Virus record (IMG/VR): IMGVR_UViG_3300010348_001764
Source of the DNA: an uncultured virus (IMG/VR IMGVR_UViG_3300010348_001764)
Lineage: Duplodnaviria; Heunggongvirae; Uroviricota; Caudoviricetes
Reading direction: 5' to 3' (one strand)
DNA: 33,013 nt
Each line of letters opens with the position of its first letter. Position 1 is the stretch's first letter. Made by a program: the position numbers and the translations under genes. Under the pieces are notes generated by a model. That model did not search any database, was not told the DNA's origin, and worked only from the letters and a program-made list of their open reading frames with translations. Shown in pieces: positions 1-8,662 of this stretch.

Positions 1-1
1 C

Positions 2-97
2 AAGTTCCAGACAGAGCTGACCATCAAGACCGCCACCGCTGGGGTCGATGAGCAGGTCGTGAAGGACGGACAGGTGGTCGTAGGACCCGACGAATGA
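2..97 (+). CDS. 3' end of a hypothetical protein, truncated by the window edge
   Basis: Open frame KFQTELTIKTATAGVDEQVVKDGQVVVGPDE* with GC3-rich codons; its TGA overlaps the next ATG (ATGA, 94-97). Confidence 0.7.
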   Translation, partial: KFQTELTIKTATAGVDEQVVKDGQVVVGPDE

Positions 98-558
98 TCA
101 GCGCACCAACTTCCTGCTTCTACCTCATGAAGGTGGAGGGCGAGGCGGTTCACTCAGTCGCCGCCGAGCTGTCACCTTCAACCGCTGCCGACATCGAGGT
201 GGCCATCTTCACGTCAGCCGACTTCGAGAACGACATCGTGGCGGTCAACAGCCTCGCGACTGGCTTCAACCACGTGAAGTCGATCTCCCTGCTGGGCGAC
301 ACTCTCCAGGTTGACGAGCGCTACAACCCGCTCTACGTTCCATCTCCCATCGAGAAGATCGACGAGATGCTGATACTTGACCCACGCGCCGACGGCGTTC
401 GCTTCGTCGGCTTCAGCGGCAACCCCTTCACCCTCAAGGCAATGGAGGCCAAGGCCGGCGACGAGACGCTCATCTCCGCCAAGGTTGACTACCGCCCCTT
501 CGACATGCCTGCCTACTCCGACATCGTCGCTGAGACGCAGGGCCAGGTGCTGAACTGA
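94..558 (+). CDS. Hypothetical phage protein (154 aa)
   Basis: Genome-typical codon usage; ATGA and TGATG coupling on both sides. Confidence 0.75.
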   Translation: MISAPTSCFYLMKVEGEAVHSVAAELSPSTAADIEVAIFTSADFENDIVAVNSLATGFNHVKSISLLGDTLQVDERYNPLYVPSPIEKIDEMLILDPRADGVRFVGFSGNPFTLKAMEAKAGDETLISAKVDYRPFDMPAYSDIVAETQGQVLN

Positions 559-959
559 TGACCGACGTCCACTACAGCTACCTCGTCAACCTCAAGCTGG
601 TCGCAGGTGGGCACCTGCGCCTCATGCAGGACACGTACCCTGGGGCGACCGACCTCAGCCTCGCCTCTCGCGACTTCGGCGACTACAACGAGTGCATTAC
701 CTCGTGCAAGAAGCTGATGGACGACGTGCTGACCAAGCTGAACAGCACCGAGAACGGCATCACCTACATGCTGAACAGCGAGGTGAACCCGCTCCACACA
801 GGTCAGGAAACCCTGTCCAAGGACTGGGCACCAGGCGAGCTCGCGCGCATCTGGGCCTTCGACAAGCAGATGGACAAGAAGGACCAGCCGATCGTGGCCG
901 TCGGTCAGGCTCGGATCTTCAAGACCGAAAGCTCAACCTACAGGTTGGGTCGCAGCTAA
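558..959 (+). CDS. Hypothetical phage protein (133 aa)
   Basis: GC3-rich ORF, translationally coupled to the upstream gene (TGATG). Confidence 0.75.
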   Translation: MTDVHYSYLVNLKLVAGGHLRLMQDTYPGATDLSLASRDFGDYNECITSCKKLMDDVLTKLNSTENGITYMLNSEVNPLHTGQETLSKDWAPGELARIWAFDKQMDKKDQPIVAVGQARIFKTESSTYRLGRS

Positions 960-976
960 CCACCCGTTTGTGCAGC

Positions 977-1000
977 TCAGGTTGCAGTTCGTGCTACAAT
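977..1000 (+). promoter_or_regulatory. Extended -10 (TGnTACAAT) early/middle-type promoter with an upstream TCAGGTT motif
   Basis: GTGCTACAAT at 991-1000, identical to 10281-10290; TCAGGTT at 977-983. Confidence 0.6.
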
Positions 1001-1037
1001 GCTAGTAGCAACCCCTCCCTTTCACTACGAGGATCAC

Positions 1038-1248
1038 ATGGCAAAGACGAAGGAACTGGCCCCCAAGGCGAAGAAGCACCGCTCGATCGAGGAGATCATG
1101 CGCGACCCAGGCGCCAAGGCCAAGCTGAACAACCTGGTCGACGAGGCCGTGACGTGCAAGACGAAGATCCTGCACGAGCAGCAGACGATCAAGGCCCTGA
1201 AGGACGCCGCCCTCGAGGACCTCGGCCTGCACCCGAAGCTCTTCGGCA
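1038..1248 (+). CDS. T4 DsbA-like dsDNA-binding protein (3' end lies in the gap)
   Basis: GAGGA SD before ATG 1038; KLNNLVDEAVTCKTKI...IKALKDAALEDLGLHPKLF resembles the helical T4 DsbA/GapR-type pattern; lies next to the DNA polymerase. Confidence 0.6.
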
Positions 1249-1949
1249 NNNNNNNNNNNNNNNNNNNNNNNNNNNNNNNNNNNNNNNNNNNNNNNNNNNN
1301 NNNNNNNNNNNNNNNNNNNNNNNNNNNNNNNNNNNNNNNNNNNNNNNNNNNNNNNNNNNNNNNNNNNNNNNNNNNNNNNNNNNNNNNNNNNNNNNNNNNN
1401 NNNNNNNNNNNNNNNNNNNNNNNNNNNNNNNNNNNNNNNNNNNNNNNNNNNNNNNNNNNNNNNNNNNNNNNNNNNNNNNNNNNNNNNNNNNNNNNNNNNN
1501 NNNNNNNNNNNNNNNNNNNNNNNNNNNNNNNNNNNNNNNNNNNNNNNNNNNNNNNNNNNNNNNNNNNNNNNNNNNNNNNNNNNNNNNNNNNNNNNNNNNN
1601 NNNNNNNNNNNNNNNNNNNNNNNNNNNNNNNNNNNNNNNNNNNNNNNNNNNNNNNNNNNNNNNNNNNNNNNNNNNNNNNNNNNNNNNNNNNNNNNNNNNN
1701 NNNNNNNNNNNNNNNNNNNNNNNNNNNNNNNNNNNNNNNNNNNNNNNNNNNNNNNNNNNNNNNNNNNNNNNNNNNNNNNNNNNNNNNNNNNNNNNNNNNN
1801 NNNNNNNNNNNNNNNNNNNNNNNNNNNNNNNNNNNNNNNNNNNNNNNNNNNNNNNNNNNNNNNNNNNNNNNNNNNNNNNNNNNNNNNNNNNNNNNNNNNN
1901 NNNNNNNNNNNNNNNNNNNNNNNNNNNNNNNNNNNNNNNNNNNNNNNNN
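1249..1949. other. Assembly gap (701 N)
   Basis: Run of N. Confidence 1.
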
Positions 1950-1950
1950 G

Positions 1951-4677
1951 ACTAACTACGTCGGTGCCGTCTACGACTGGGACAGCGACAAGGTCCTGGT
2001 CTGGGAGCGGCCGGTTGAAGGTGGTGAGCGCCAGCTCCGCACCTGGCCGGCCGAGCACTACTTCTACGCGCCCAGCGAACAGGGCACGTACCGCTCCATC
2101 TACGGCTACAACCTCGAGAAGCTCGTCTTCGACAACGACAACGAGCTGAAGGCAGCGGCGCGTCAGGTGGTATGGGGCCGACACGAGAGCGACATTCCGC
2201 CGCTCTTCAAGTGCCTCATGAACCGGTACTACGATCGCACCACGCCGATCGTGCACTACGCGTTCATCGACATCGAGGTCAACTACTCCTCGAAGATCGG
2301 CTTCGCTGGCCCGCAGAACCCGTACGGCATCATCAACGCCGTGACGGTGTACCAGTCGTGGACGAAGAAGTACGTCACACTGGTGGTTTCGCCGATCGTC
2401 AACGGCGTGCGGTGGTCAGGCACAGTCGAGGACCTGCACCGGCGCCACGACGAGCTCGTGGCCGAAGGCAAGCTGCGCAAGGAGCAGGTGACGGAGTTCC
2501 GCATCTGCCAGACCGAAGGTGAGCTCATCACGCAGATGCTCGAGCTCATCCAGGACGCGGACATCATCTCGGGCTGGAACTCGGAGTTCTTCGACCTCCC
2601 GTACATCGTGAAGCGCGTTGAGCTCGTGCTGCCGCGCCTGCTCCAGAAGCTCTGCTTCCCTGGCTGCCGCAAGCCGAAGGAGCGCATGGTCGAGCGCTTC
2701 GGCTCTCCTGAGCTCGCCTACACGCTGTACGGCCGCACCCACCTCGACTACCTCGACCTCTTCAAGAAGTTCACGTTTGAAGGTCGCGAGAGCTTCGCGC
2801 TTGGCAACATCCTGCAGGAGGAGGTCGGCCTCTCGAAGATCCACTACGAGGGCACCCTCGAGCAGCTCTACCACAACGACTTTCCGACGTTCTGCTGCTA
2901 CAACTTCCGCGACGTCAGCGGCATGGTGGACCTGGACGAGAAGTTCAAGTTCATCCAGCTCGTGAACCAGATGGCGCACGAGAACACCTGCCTCTTCGAG
3001 AACATCCTCGGCACGGTGCGCTACGTCGAGACGGGTATCGCGAACCGCGCCCACTACGTCCACAACCTCATCGTGCCCGACAAGGCCATGAACCACGACG
3101 GTGAGAAGGTCGAGGGCGCGCTCGTGCTGAACCCGAAGATCGGCCTGCACGAGTGGATCGGTTCGGTGGACATCAATTCGCTGTACCCGTCGGTGATCCG
3201 CGCTCTCAACATTTCTCCGGAGAAGTTCCGCGGCCAGTTCGAGAACGGCGAGGAGGACTGGCGCGGCATCATGGTCGACCGCGATGACAAGCTGCATGTC
3301 ATGCGCCAGGACGACGGTGACTACTTCGAGGCGACCGGCTCGCAGTGGCGCGAGATCATTGCCGATCAGAAGTGGGTCATCACGGCCTACGGCACCGTGT
3401 TCGACGAGAGCGGCGAGCAGGGCATCGTCGCCGATACCCTCACGTACTGGTTCGCCGAGCGCAAGCGCCTGCAGGCCGAGAAGAAGAAGTACGCGAAGCT
3501 GGCCAAGGCCGAGACCGATCCCGACAAGAAGGCCGAGTACGAGCGCCTCGAGGCGCACTACGACCTGCTGCAGCTGACCAAGAAGATCCAGCTGAACTCA
3601 ACCTACGGAGCCCTCCTCAACGTTGCCTTCCGCTTCGGTCGCAAGGAGATGGGTGCGTCGGTTACCGCCTGCGGCCGGCAGATCACGACGCACATGATGG
3701 AGACCATCCACTCCATTCTGTCTCCAGACGAGGCGGCCAAGATCGTGAAGTCGACCGAGGTCGACGAGGACGGAACTGTCCAGCACGTCTACGACATCGC
3801 TGGTCGCGTCGTGCTGTACGGTGACACGGACAGCTGCTACTTCGCCACGCCGGCGAAGGACCGCGACGAGGCCATCAAGCTCGCCGACGACACCGCTGCC
3901 CGCACGAACGCCACGTTCCAGTCGTTCATGCAGCGCGTCTTCAACTGCCAGCCGAACTACGACAACCTCATCAAGGCTGGCCGTGAAGTGGTTGCCGAGC
4001 GCGGTCTGTTCCAGGCCAAGAAGAAGTACGTGCTGAAGGTGATCGACCTTGAAGGCGCGGCGGTCGACAAGCTCAAGTCGCAGGGCTCGGAGATGAAGAA
4101 GTCGGACACCCCGAAGGTGATCCAGGACTTCCTCAAGGAGCTGATGAAGCGCATCCTCAGTGGCGCGAACTACGACGAGATTGAGACGTTCGTCAACAGC
4201 AAGCGCAAGGAGGTGCTTGGTCGCAACGGTGACATGTTCTCCGTCGGTGTGGCCAAGCAGGCCAACAATCTCGACGCGTTCTACGCGGCTTGGTCGCGCT
4301 CGGGCAAGAAGCCGAACGGCCCAGTGGTGATGGTGAAGGGCGACGCTGCCAAGGCCACCAACATCCCTGGCCACATCCGCGCCGCGTTCATGTACAACGA
4401 GCTGGTGAAGGAGCGCAACCTCGACGCCAAGCTCGTGCGCTCAGGTGACAAGGTCAAGATCTTCTACCTCAAGGCGAACCGCTACCAGCTCAAGGCCATC
4501 GCGTTTCCAGCTGACTTCGATCGGTTCCCCGAGTGGTTCACCGATGAGTTCCAGGTGGACCGCGCGCTGACCGAGCAGAAGATGTTCGACAACAAGCTGG
4601 GCGGCATCTTTGACGCGCTGGGCTGGGAAATCCCGACGGCGCAGAACGCGCACATCAAGAAGATCCTGAGGTTCTGA
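1951..4677 (+). CDS. Family B DNA polymerase (T4 gp43-like); true start lies in the gap
   Basis: Frame is open from 1951 (TNYVGAVYDWDSDKVLVWER...), upstream of the called 2167 start. Motifs: ExoI DIE, ExoII GWNSEFFDLPYI, ExoIII YNFRD, A DINSLYPS, B KKIQLNSTYG, C YGDTDS. Confidence 0.97.
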   Translation, partial: TNYVGAVYDWDSDKVLVWERPVEGGERQLRTWPAEHYFYAPSEQGTYRSIYGYNLEKLVFDNDNELKAAARQVVWGRHESDIPPLFKCLMNRYYDRTTPIVHYAFIDIEVNYSSKIGFAGPQNPYGIINAVTVYQSWTKKYVTLVVSPIVNGVRWSGTVEDLHRRHDELVAEGKLRKEQVTEFRICQTEGELITQMLELIQDADIISGWNSEFFDLPYIVKRVELVLPRLLQKLCFPGCRKPKERMVERFGSPELAYTLYGRTHLDYLDLFKKFTFEGRESFALGNILQEEVGLSKIHYEGTLEQLYHNDFPTFCCYNFRDVSGMVDLDEKFKFIQLVNQMAHENTCLFENILGTVRYVETGIANRAHYVHNLIVPDKAMNHDGEKVEGALVLNPKIGLHEWIGSVDINSLYPSVIRALNISPEKFRGQFENGEEDWRGIMVDRDDKLHVMRQDDGDYFEATGSQWREIIADQKWVITAYGTVFDESGEQGIVADTLTYWFAERKRLQAEKKKYAKLAKAETDPDKKAEYERLEAHYDLLQLTKKIQLNSTYGALLNVAFRFGRKEMGASVTACGRQITTHMMETIHSILSPDEAAKIVKSTEVDEDGTVQHVYDIAGRVVLYGDTDSCYFATPAKDRDEAIKLADDTAARTNATFQSFMQRVFNCQPNYDNLIKAGREVVAERGLFQAKKKYVLKVIDLEGAAVDKLKSQGSEMKKSDTPKVIQDFLKELMKRILSGANYDEIETFVNSKRKEVLGRNGDMFSVGVAKQANNLDAFYAAWSRSGKKPNGPVVMVKGDAAKATNIPGHIRAAFMYNELVKERNLDAKLVRSGDKVKIFYLKANRYQLKAIAFPADFDRFPEWFTDEFQVDRALTEQKMFDNKLGGIFDALGWEIPTAQNAHIKKILRF

Positions 4678-4678
4678 C

Positions 4679-4900
4679 ATGGCACGGATTGTGAGCAAGC
4701 GTGGACGACCAGAGCCCAAGCCAGCGGCTCCAGCACCGGCGCCTGCTCCCTACAACCCGCGCATCATCGTCAACCCAGACGGAAGCTGGTCATTCCCAAC
4801 TGGCAGCGCCCCAGCTGCACCCGCCGATCCCGATGAGGAGGTGCTTCGCCGCACCACCGACGGCGTCGACGTCAACTACATCAACATGGAGGACTGCTGA
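4679..4900 (+). CDS. Small Pro/Ala-rich hypothetical protein (73 aa)
   Basis: Starts 1 nt after the polymerase stop; TGATG overlap with the next gene. Confidence 0.7.
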   Translation: MARIVSKRGRPEPKPAAPAPAPAPYNPRIIVNPDGSWSFPTGSAPAAPADPDEEVLRRTTDGVDVNYINMEDC

Positions 4901-5271
4901 TGGTCCGCATCGTAAGCAAGAGAAAGCGCGACGAGCAGCTCAAGGAAGTTGCTGAGGTCGACATCGAGCTGCAGCTCTACAGCGACGACGAGCTTGATGA
5001 GCTCATTCGCAAGACGCAGCAGGTTGCCGACGAGGAGGACGCCGGCTTCTACAACGAGGACTGGGTCATCCAAGGTCGCCAGGCCTTCGAGGGTCTCAGG
5101 TTGGTCGAGGACGTCTGCGCGCTGCAGCAGAACTGGGACTACTTCTACAACTACAAGATCGAGGCCTTCACCATCAGGACGCCTGGCGCGATGGTCAGCC
5201 TGACCGAGGAGTTCATCCAATCGCTATCCATGCCGATCAAGCAGTACCTTCTTGATTACAATAAGCCATGA
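4900..5271 (+). CDS. Acidic hypothetical protein (123 aa)
   Basis: Coupled ORF with genome-typical codons; N-terminus MVRIVSKR resembles that of the upstream ORF. Confidence 0.75.
   Translation: MVRIVSKRKRDEQLKEVAEVDIELQLYSDDELDELIRKTQQVADEEDAGFYNEDWVIQGRQAFEGLRLVEDVCALQQNWDYFYNYKIEAFTIRTPGAMVSLTEEFIQSLSMPIKQYLLDYNKP
5253..5262 (+). promoter_or_regulatory. Candidate -10 box (TACAAT) 5 nt before the clamp ATG
   Basis: TGATTACAAT-AAGCC-ATG in a locally AT-rich patch; no SD. Confidence 0.5.
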
Positions 5272-5981
5272 ACTTCACCCCTGAGCACGTCGCGGAGCTT
5301 CGCTCCATCCTCACCACCTGCAAGGCCGTCGGCCTGGATGCAGTCGTCTTTGCCGATGGCATGGCGATGAGCGCCAACGACAAGCGCACCCTCGCCCTCA
5401 TCACTCCATCTCCGCTCGTTCCGCCAGGTGGTGCCAAGATCGGCATCAACCGCATCAACGAGCTGAGCAAGCGGCTGGACCTCTTCACAGGTGAGGTGAG
5501 CATCGAGGGCAAGGAAGGTCAGCGCGGTGAGATGGTCATCCTCACCATGTCGGCAGGTCGCACGAAGGCGCAGTACCGCTGCACCTCAACGTCGATGATC
5601 CCGCACCCCAAGGAGAACGCCGACCCGGCGCACAGCGTGATCAAGCTCTCGCGCGAGGAGGCCCAGACCCTCTTCAAGGCCATCAAGACGTTCGGCGCGG
5701 AAAGCGCAGTGCTGAAAGTTGCCTCCTCGGGAGATGTACATATTGAGTGCGTCGACAGCACGAACGATCAGTTCTCAACGGTTCTCTCAACGGCCGCTGA
5801 GTTCGTGAACGAAGCTGAGAACGTGCTCTTCACCTACGCCGCGCCGACCCTGTCGACTGTGCTCGAGGTGGGTGCTCGTGACGCAGAGGAGCTGCAGCTC
5901 GTGCTCGGTGAAGGAGGTTCCCTCACCATCGACATCAAGGGCCGCTCCATCGTGGTGATCTCCAACGCAGATGAGGATTGA
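5268..5981 (+). CDS. Probable sliding clamp (T4 gp45-like)
   Basis: 237 aa with two repeated helix-plus-strand halves typical of clamps; position just downstream of polB; no catalytic motif. Confidence 0.6.
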   Translation: MNFTPEHVAELRSILTTCKAVGLDAVVFADGMAMSANDKRTLALITPSPLVPPGGAKIGINRINELSKRLDLFTGEVSIEGKEGQRGEMVILTMSAGRTKAQYRCTSTSMIPHPKENADPAHSVIKLSREEAQTLFKAIKTFGAESAVLKVASSGDVHIECVDSTNDQFSTVLSTAAEFVNEAENVLFTYAAPTLSTVLEVGARDAEELQLVLGEGGSLTIDIKGRSIVVISNADED

Positions 5982-5982
5982 G

Positions 5983-6345
5983 ATGGATGACATTGAAAAG
6001 CAGCGCGTCGAGTACGTCGCTGAACTGGAACAGCAGGTGAAGTACCTACAGGAAGAGCTGGCAAAGTTCAAGCCGCTGGCCGAGAAGTGGGAACCGAAGG
6101 TGGTCGGCTCCATCGACCCGCACGACAAGCAGGTGCGCTTCACGCTCAGCTTTGGTGGCAAGCGCGTCACCGCCGTGGTGAGCCTGCAGAAGGCCGCTGC
6201 CAACAACGTGGACGACATCACGACGTCGGTTGCCGATACCCTCTTCGAGAGCCTCGTGGTCGAGAAGATCCGCGACGCCCTGCGCCCTGAGGTTGCTCGC
6301 CTGCAACCGGCCGCCGTCGGCGTCATGGGAGCCGGAACGTGGTGA
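5983..6345 (+). CDS. Hypothetical protein with an N-terminal coiled coil
   Basis: GAGGA SD before ATG 5983 (MDDIEKQRVEYVAELEQQVKYLQEEL). Confidence 0.75.
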   Translation: MDDIEKQRVEYVAELEQQVKYLQEELAKFKPLAEKWEPKVVGSIDPHDKQVRFTLSFGGKRVTAVVSLQKAAANNVDDITTSVADTLFESLVVEKIRDALRPEVARLQPAAVGVMGAGTW

Positions 6346-6680
6346 AGTGGCTGAAGGGGCTCTTTGCCCCATCGGCACCGAAGCTGCGCGACAAGCTGAC
6401 GAGCGTGTACGAGAAGGACGGCACTCCCTGGGCCGCCTTTGAGGTCGTCGGCTTCGAGGAGGATGGGCGGGTCAAGGTGAACTTTGCCTGGAACCAGAAG
6501 TTCATCACGAAGATCAAGGCGCTCGGCTTTGACGCTGAGACCGACGAGGACCGCGTTCAGCTGTTCTTCTTCGCTTCCTCGATGCGACCAACGTCGCTGA
6601 ACGCCGACCCTGGCGACGATCCAGTCCAGTCTGAGGCGCACCCTCAGCTGAGCGCGATCAACAACGAGCTGCGGGTGTGA
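6339..6680 (+). CDS. Hypothetical phage protein (113 aa)
   Basis: GC3-rich ORF; the PWAAFEVVGF...FAWNQKFI...GF...DEDRVQLFF pattern recalls a hypothetical family of T4-related phages. Confidence 0.75.
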   Translation: MVKWLKGLFAPSAPKLRDKLTSVYEKDGTPWAAFEVVGFEEDGRVKVNFAWNQKFITKIKALGFDAETDEDRVQLFFFASSMRPTSLNADPGDDPVQSEAHPQLSAINNELRV

Positions 6681-6850
6681 CGCTGCTCGGTGCTCTTCTG
6701 ATGGTGCTGGCGCTCTTCCTTGGAACGCCCGCTGTCCTGTATGCCCTCGTCTGGCTGCTGTTCAGGGTGGGGGTGTTTCAACATGGGTCTGGTCCTGGAA
6801 AACCGCCCAACTGGGAAAGGTGCTGCTGTGCCAGCAAACGTCTCTACTGA
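6677..6850 (+). CDS. Small membrane protein (57 aa), absent from the ORF track
   Basis: GTGA overlap with the upstream stop; MTLLGALLMVLALFLGTPAVLYALVWLLFRVGVFQHGSGPGKPPNWERCCCASKRLY*. Confidence 0.6.
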   Translation: MTLLGALLMVLALFLGTPAVLYALVWLLFRVGVFQHGSGPGKPPNWERCCCASKRLY

Positions 6851-7199
6851 GCGCCTGAGCGAAATTGTCGGCGAGGTCATGGATCTCATCGAGGCTCCTG
6901 ACATCTTTGGCTTCCTCGATGGGAACACGGGCAACATGCAGGCCCTGGAAGCTCGACTGCAGGAGGTCATGATGGGCCGCCAGAGGTACGAGTGCCTCGA
7001 GCTGGCCATGTACCTGCGCACAACCTTCAATCGAAAGGCGAACCTCCCGACCTGGCAACCGCTGTGCAATGCGACGGTCGAGATGTGCCAGATGCGCGGC
7101 GAGAACCTTGAGATGCTGTACGGTCTGATCCCGAAGGATCAAATCTATCCACGCAACACGGACGGCATGTCGGGCCCTCGCCATCCTCAAATGCGCTAG
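6828..7199 (+). CDS. Hypothetical protein (likely GTG start at 6828; ATG 6783 is the alternative)
   Basis: GGAAAGG SD 7 nt before GTG 6828; in frame with the 6720-7199 ORF. Confidence 0.65.
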   Translation: MPANVSTERLSEIVGEVMDLIEAPDIFGFLDGNTGNMQALEARLQEVMMGRQRYECLELAMYLRTTFNRKANLPTWQPLCNATVEMCQMRGENLEMLYGLIPKDQIYPRNTDGMSGPRHPQMR

Positions 7200-7215
7200 C
7201 ACCACCGACGCCAAC

Positions 7216-7226
7216 TGTGATACAAT
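7216..7226 (+). promoter_or_regulatory. Extended -10 promoter (TGTGATACAAT) of the HNH gene
   Basis: TGnTACAAT ending 6 nt before ATG 7233. Confidence 0.65.
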
Positions 7227-7232
7227 ACAACT

Positions 7233-7652
7233 ATGAAGAGTGTTGCCCTCAGCGAAGCAATGAAGCGGGTTCATGCTCGCCGCATCGCTTCAGGTGAGGA
7301 CCGTGCCATCCGCCAGCGCATTCGTGAAACCCGTCTTAAGAAGGGTGATTGGACGCAGTGTGATGCGAGCAAGTGGGCAGACTACCGCAGGGCTGTCCGT
7401 GTCGTAACATCTGAGCAGCCTATTCACCTTCTGCAAAACCATCACCTCAGAGGACGTGGTCCGGGGAAGTATCACCTTGACCACATTGTAAGCCAGAAGA
7501 TGGGCTTTGATCTTGGTATTCCTGCGTGGTTCATCGGTGACATCAGTAACTTGCGCTTCATTCCAGAGACGCAGAACTGCTCGAAGCAGCACTTTAGCGA
7601 GATGGATGATGTGCTTCATCTCTGGTATAGCCTAACCGAGACATTTGAATGA
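7233..7652 (+). CDS. Free-standing HNH-type endonuclease (probably a homing endonuclease)
   Basis: YHLDHIVS...GF...IP...IG.ISNL...PETQNCSK HNH-like core; many more A/T-ending codons than the flanking genes. Confidence 0.75.
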   Translation: MKSVALSEAMKRVHARRIASGEDRAIRQRIRETRLKKGDWTQCDASKWADYRRAVRVVTSEQPIHLLQNHHLRGRGPGKYHLDHIVSQKMGFDLGIPAWFIGDISNLRFIPETQNCSKQHFSEMDDVLHLWYSLTETFE

Positions 7653-8662
7653 AGCGACTTGTAGTAGATACATCAAATCTTTTGTTCCGTGTCGCATCAG
7701 CACATGGAAAATACCATGCGAGTGAAGGTAGCGCAGAAGATCAAGCAGGCCTTGCTATGCACTCAGCGCTGATTACGCTTCGTTCATTCTACCGGAAGAT
7801 CAAACCGGACCAGGTGGCGCTCGCCTTCGAAGGTGGCCAGAACTGGCGCAAGGCCTACACGAAGTCAGACGCCTGCGTATCGAAGCGGATCTACAAGGCC
7901 AACCGCGTCACCGACGACAGCAAGGTCGCCTTCTACGACCTCATTCGCTCGTTCGAGGAGCTCGCGCGCCTACACACATCGCTCGTCTGCCTCTCTGCAC
8001 CGAGCCTCGAAGGCGACGACGTGATCGCCGGTTACGCGCAGCACTTCAGCGCCCTCGGTGACGAGGTCGTCATCCTCTCCGGCGACAAGGACTTCATCCA
8101 GCTGCTCAAGCTGCCAGGTGTCTCGCTCATGAACCCCGACGACGGCAAGCTCCGTGGCTGGGACAAGGAGACGGGCGAGAAGATCGATCCCGACTACTTC
8201 ATGTTCGAGAAGGCCATTCGCGGCGACGCCGGCGACAACGTCATGTCGGCCTACCCCCGCGTCTTCGCCACGAAGATCAAGAAGGCCTACGAGAACGAGT
8301 ACGACCGCACCAACCTCATGAACCACACCTGGGAGTTCTCGGACCCCAGCACCGGTGAGAAGCGCACGTACCGCGTCGGCGACCTGTTCGAGGAGAACAT
8401 GAAGCTGATGAACCTCTTCCAGCAGCCGCCCGAAATTCGCCAGCTGCTCGAGGAAACCATCAAGCACGAGGTCGTGCACCACGGCCAGTTCTCGCTCTTC
8501 CACTTCCAGAAGTTCTGCGGCAAGTACAAGCTGAAGAAGATCGGTGAGGACGTCACCAGCTTCGTCGAGCTGTTCTCCAGCACGGGCCTCAACTCGCCGC
8601 ACCGCGAGGAGACGAAGGCCATCCACGCCGAGAAGAAGCGGCAGTCGACCCTCAAGTTCTGA
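7649..8662 (+). CDS. rnh: T4 RNase H-like 5'-3' exonuclease (FEN family)
   Basis: Motifs LVVDTSNLLFR, YKANR, EGDDVIA, SGDKDFIQL and GDAGDNV. Confidence 0.92.
   Translation: MKRLVVDTSNLLFRVASAHGKYHASEGSAEDQAGLAMHSALITLRSFYRKIKPDQVALAFEGGQNWRKAYTKSDACVSKRIYKANRVTDDSKVAFYDLIRSFEELARLHTSLVCLSAPSLEGDDVIAGYAQHFSALGDEVVILSGDKDFIQLLKLPGVSLMNPDDGKLRGWDKETGEKIDPDYFMFEKAIRGDAGDNVMSAYPRVFATKIKKAYENEYDRTNLMNHTWEFSDPSTGEKRTYRVGDLFEENMKLMNLFQQPPEIRQLLEETIKHEVVHHGQFSLFHFQKFCGKYKLKKIGEDVTSFVELFSSTGLNSPHREETKAIHAEKKRQSTLKF

Noticed and set aside
2167..2169. Called polymerase start at GTG 2167
   Set aside because: The frame is open and protein-like back to the gap edge at 1951
692..2256. Long ORFs spanning the N gap (692-2149, 999-1955, 1189-2256)
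   Set aside because: Artefacts of translating through Ns; the real genes are the 1038 start and the polymerase frame
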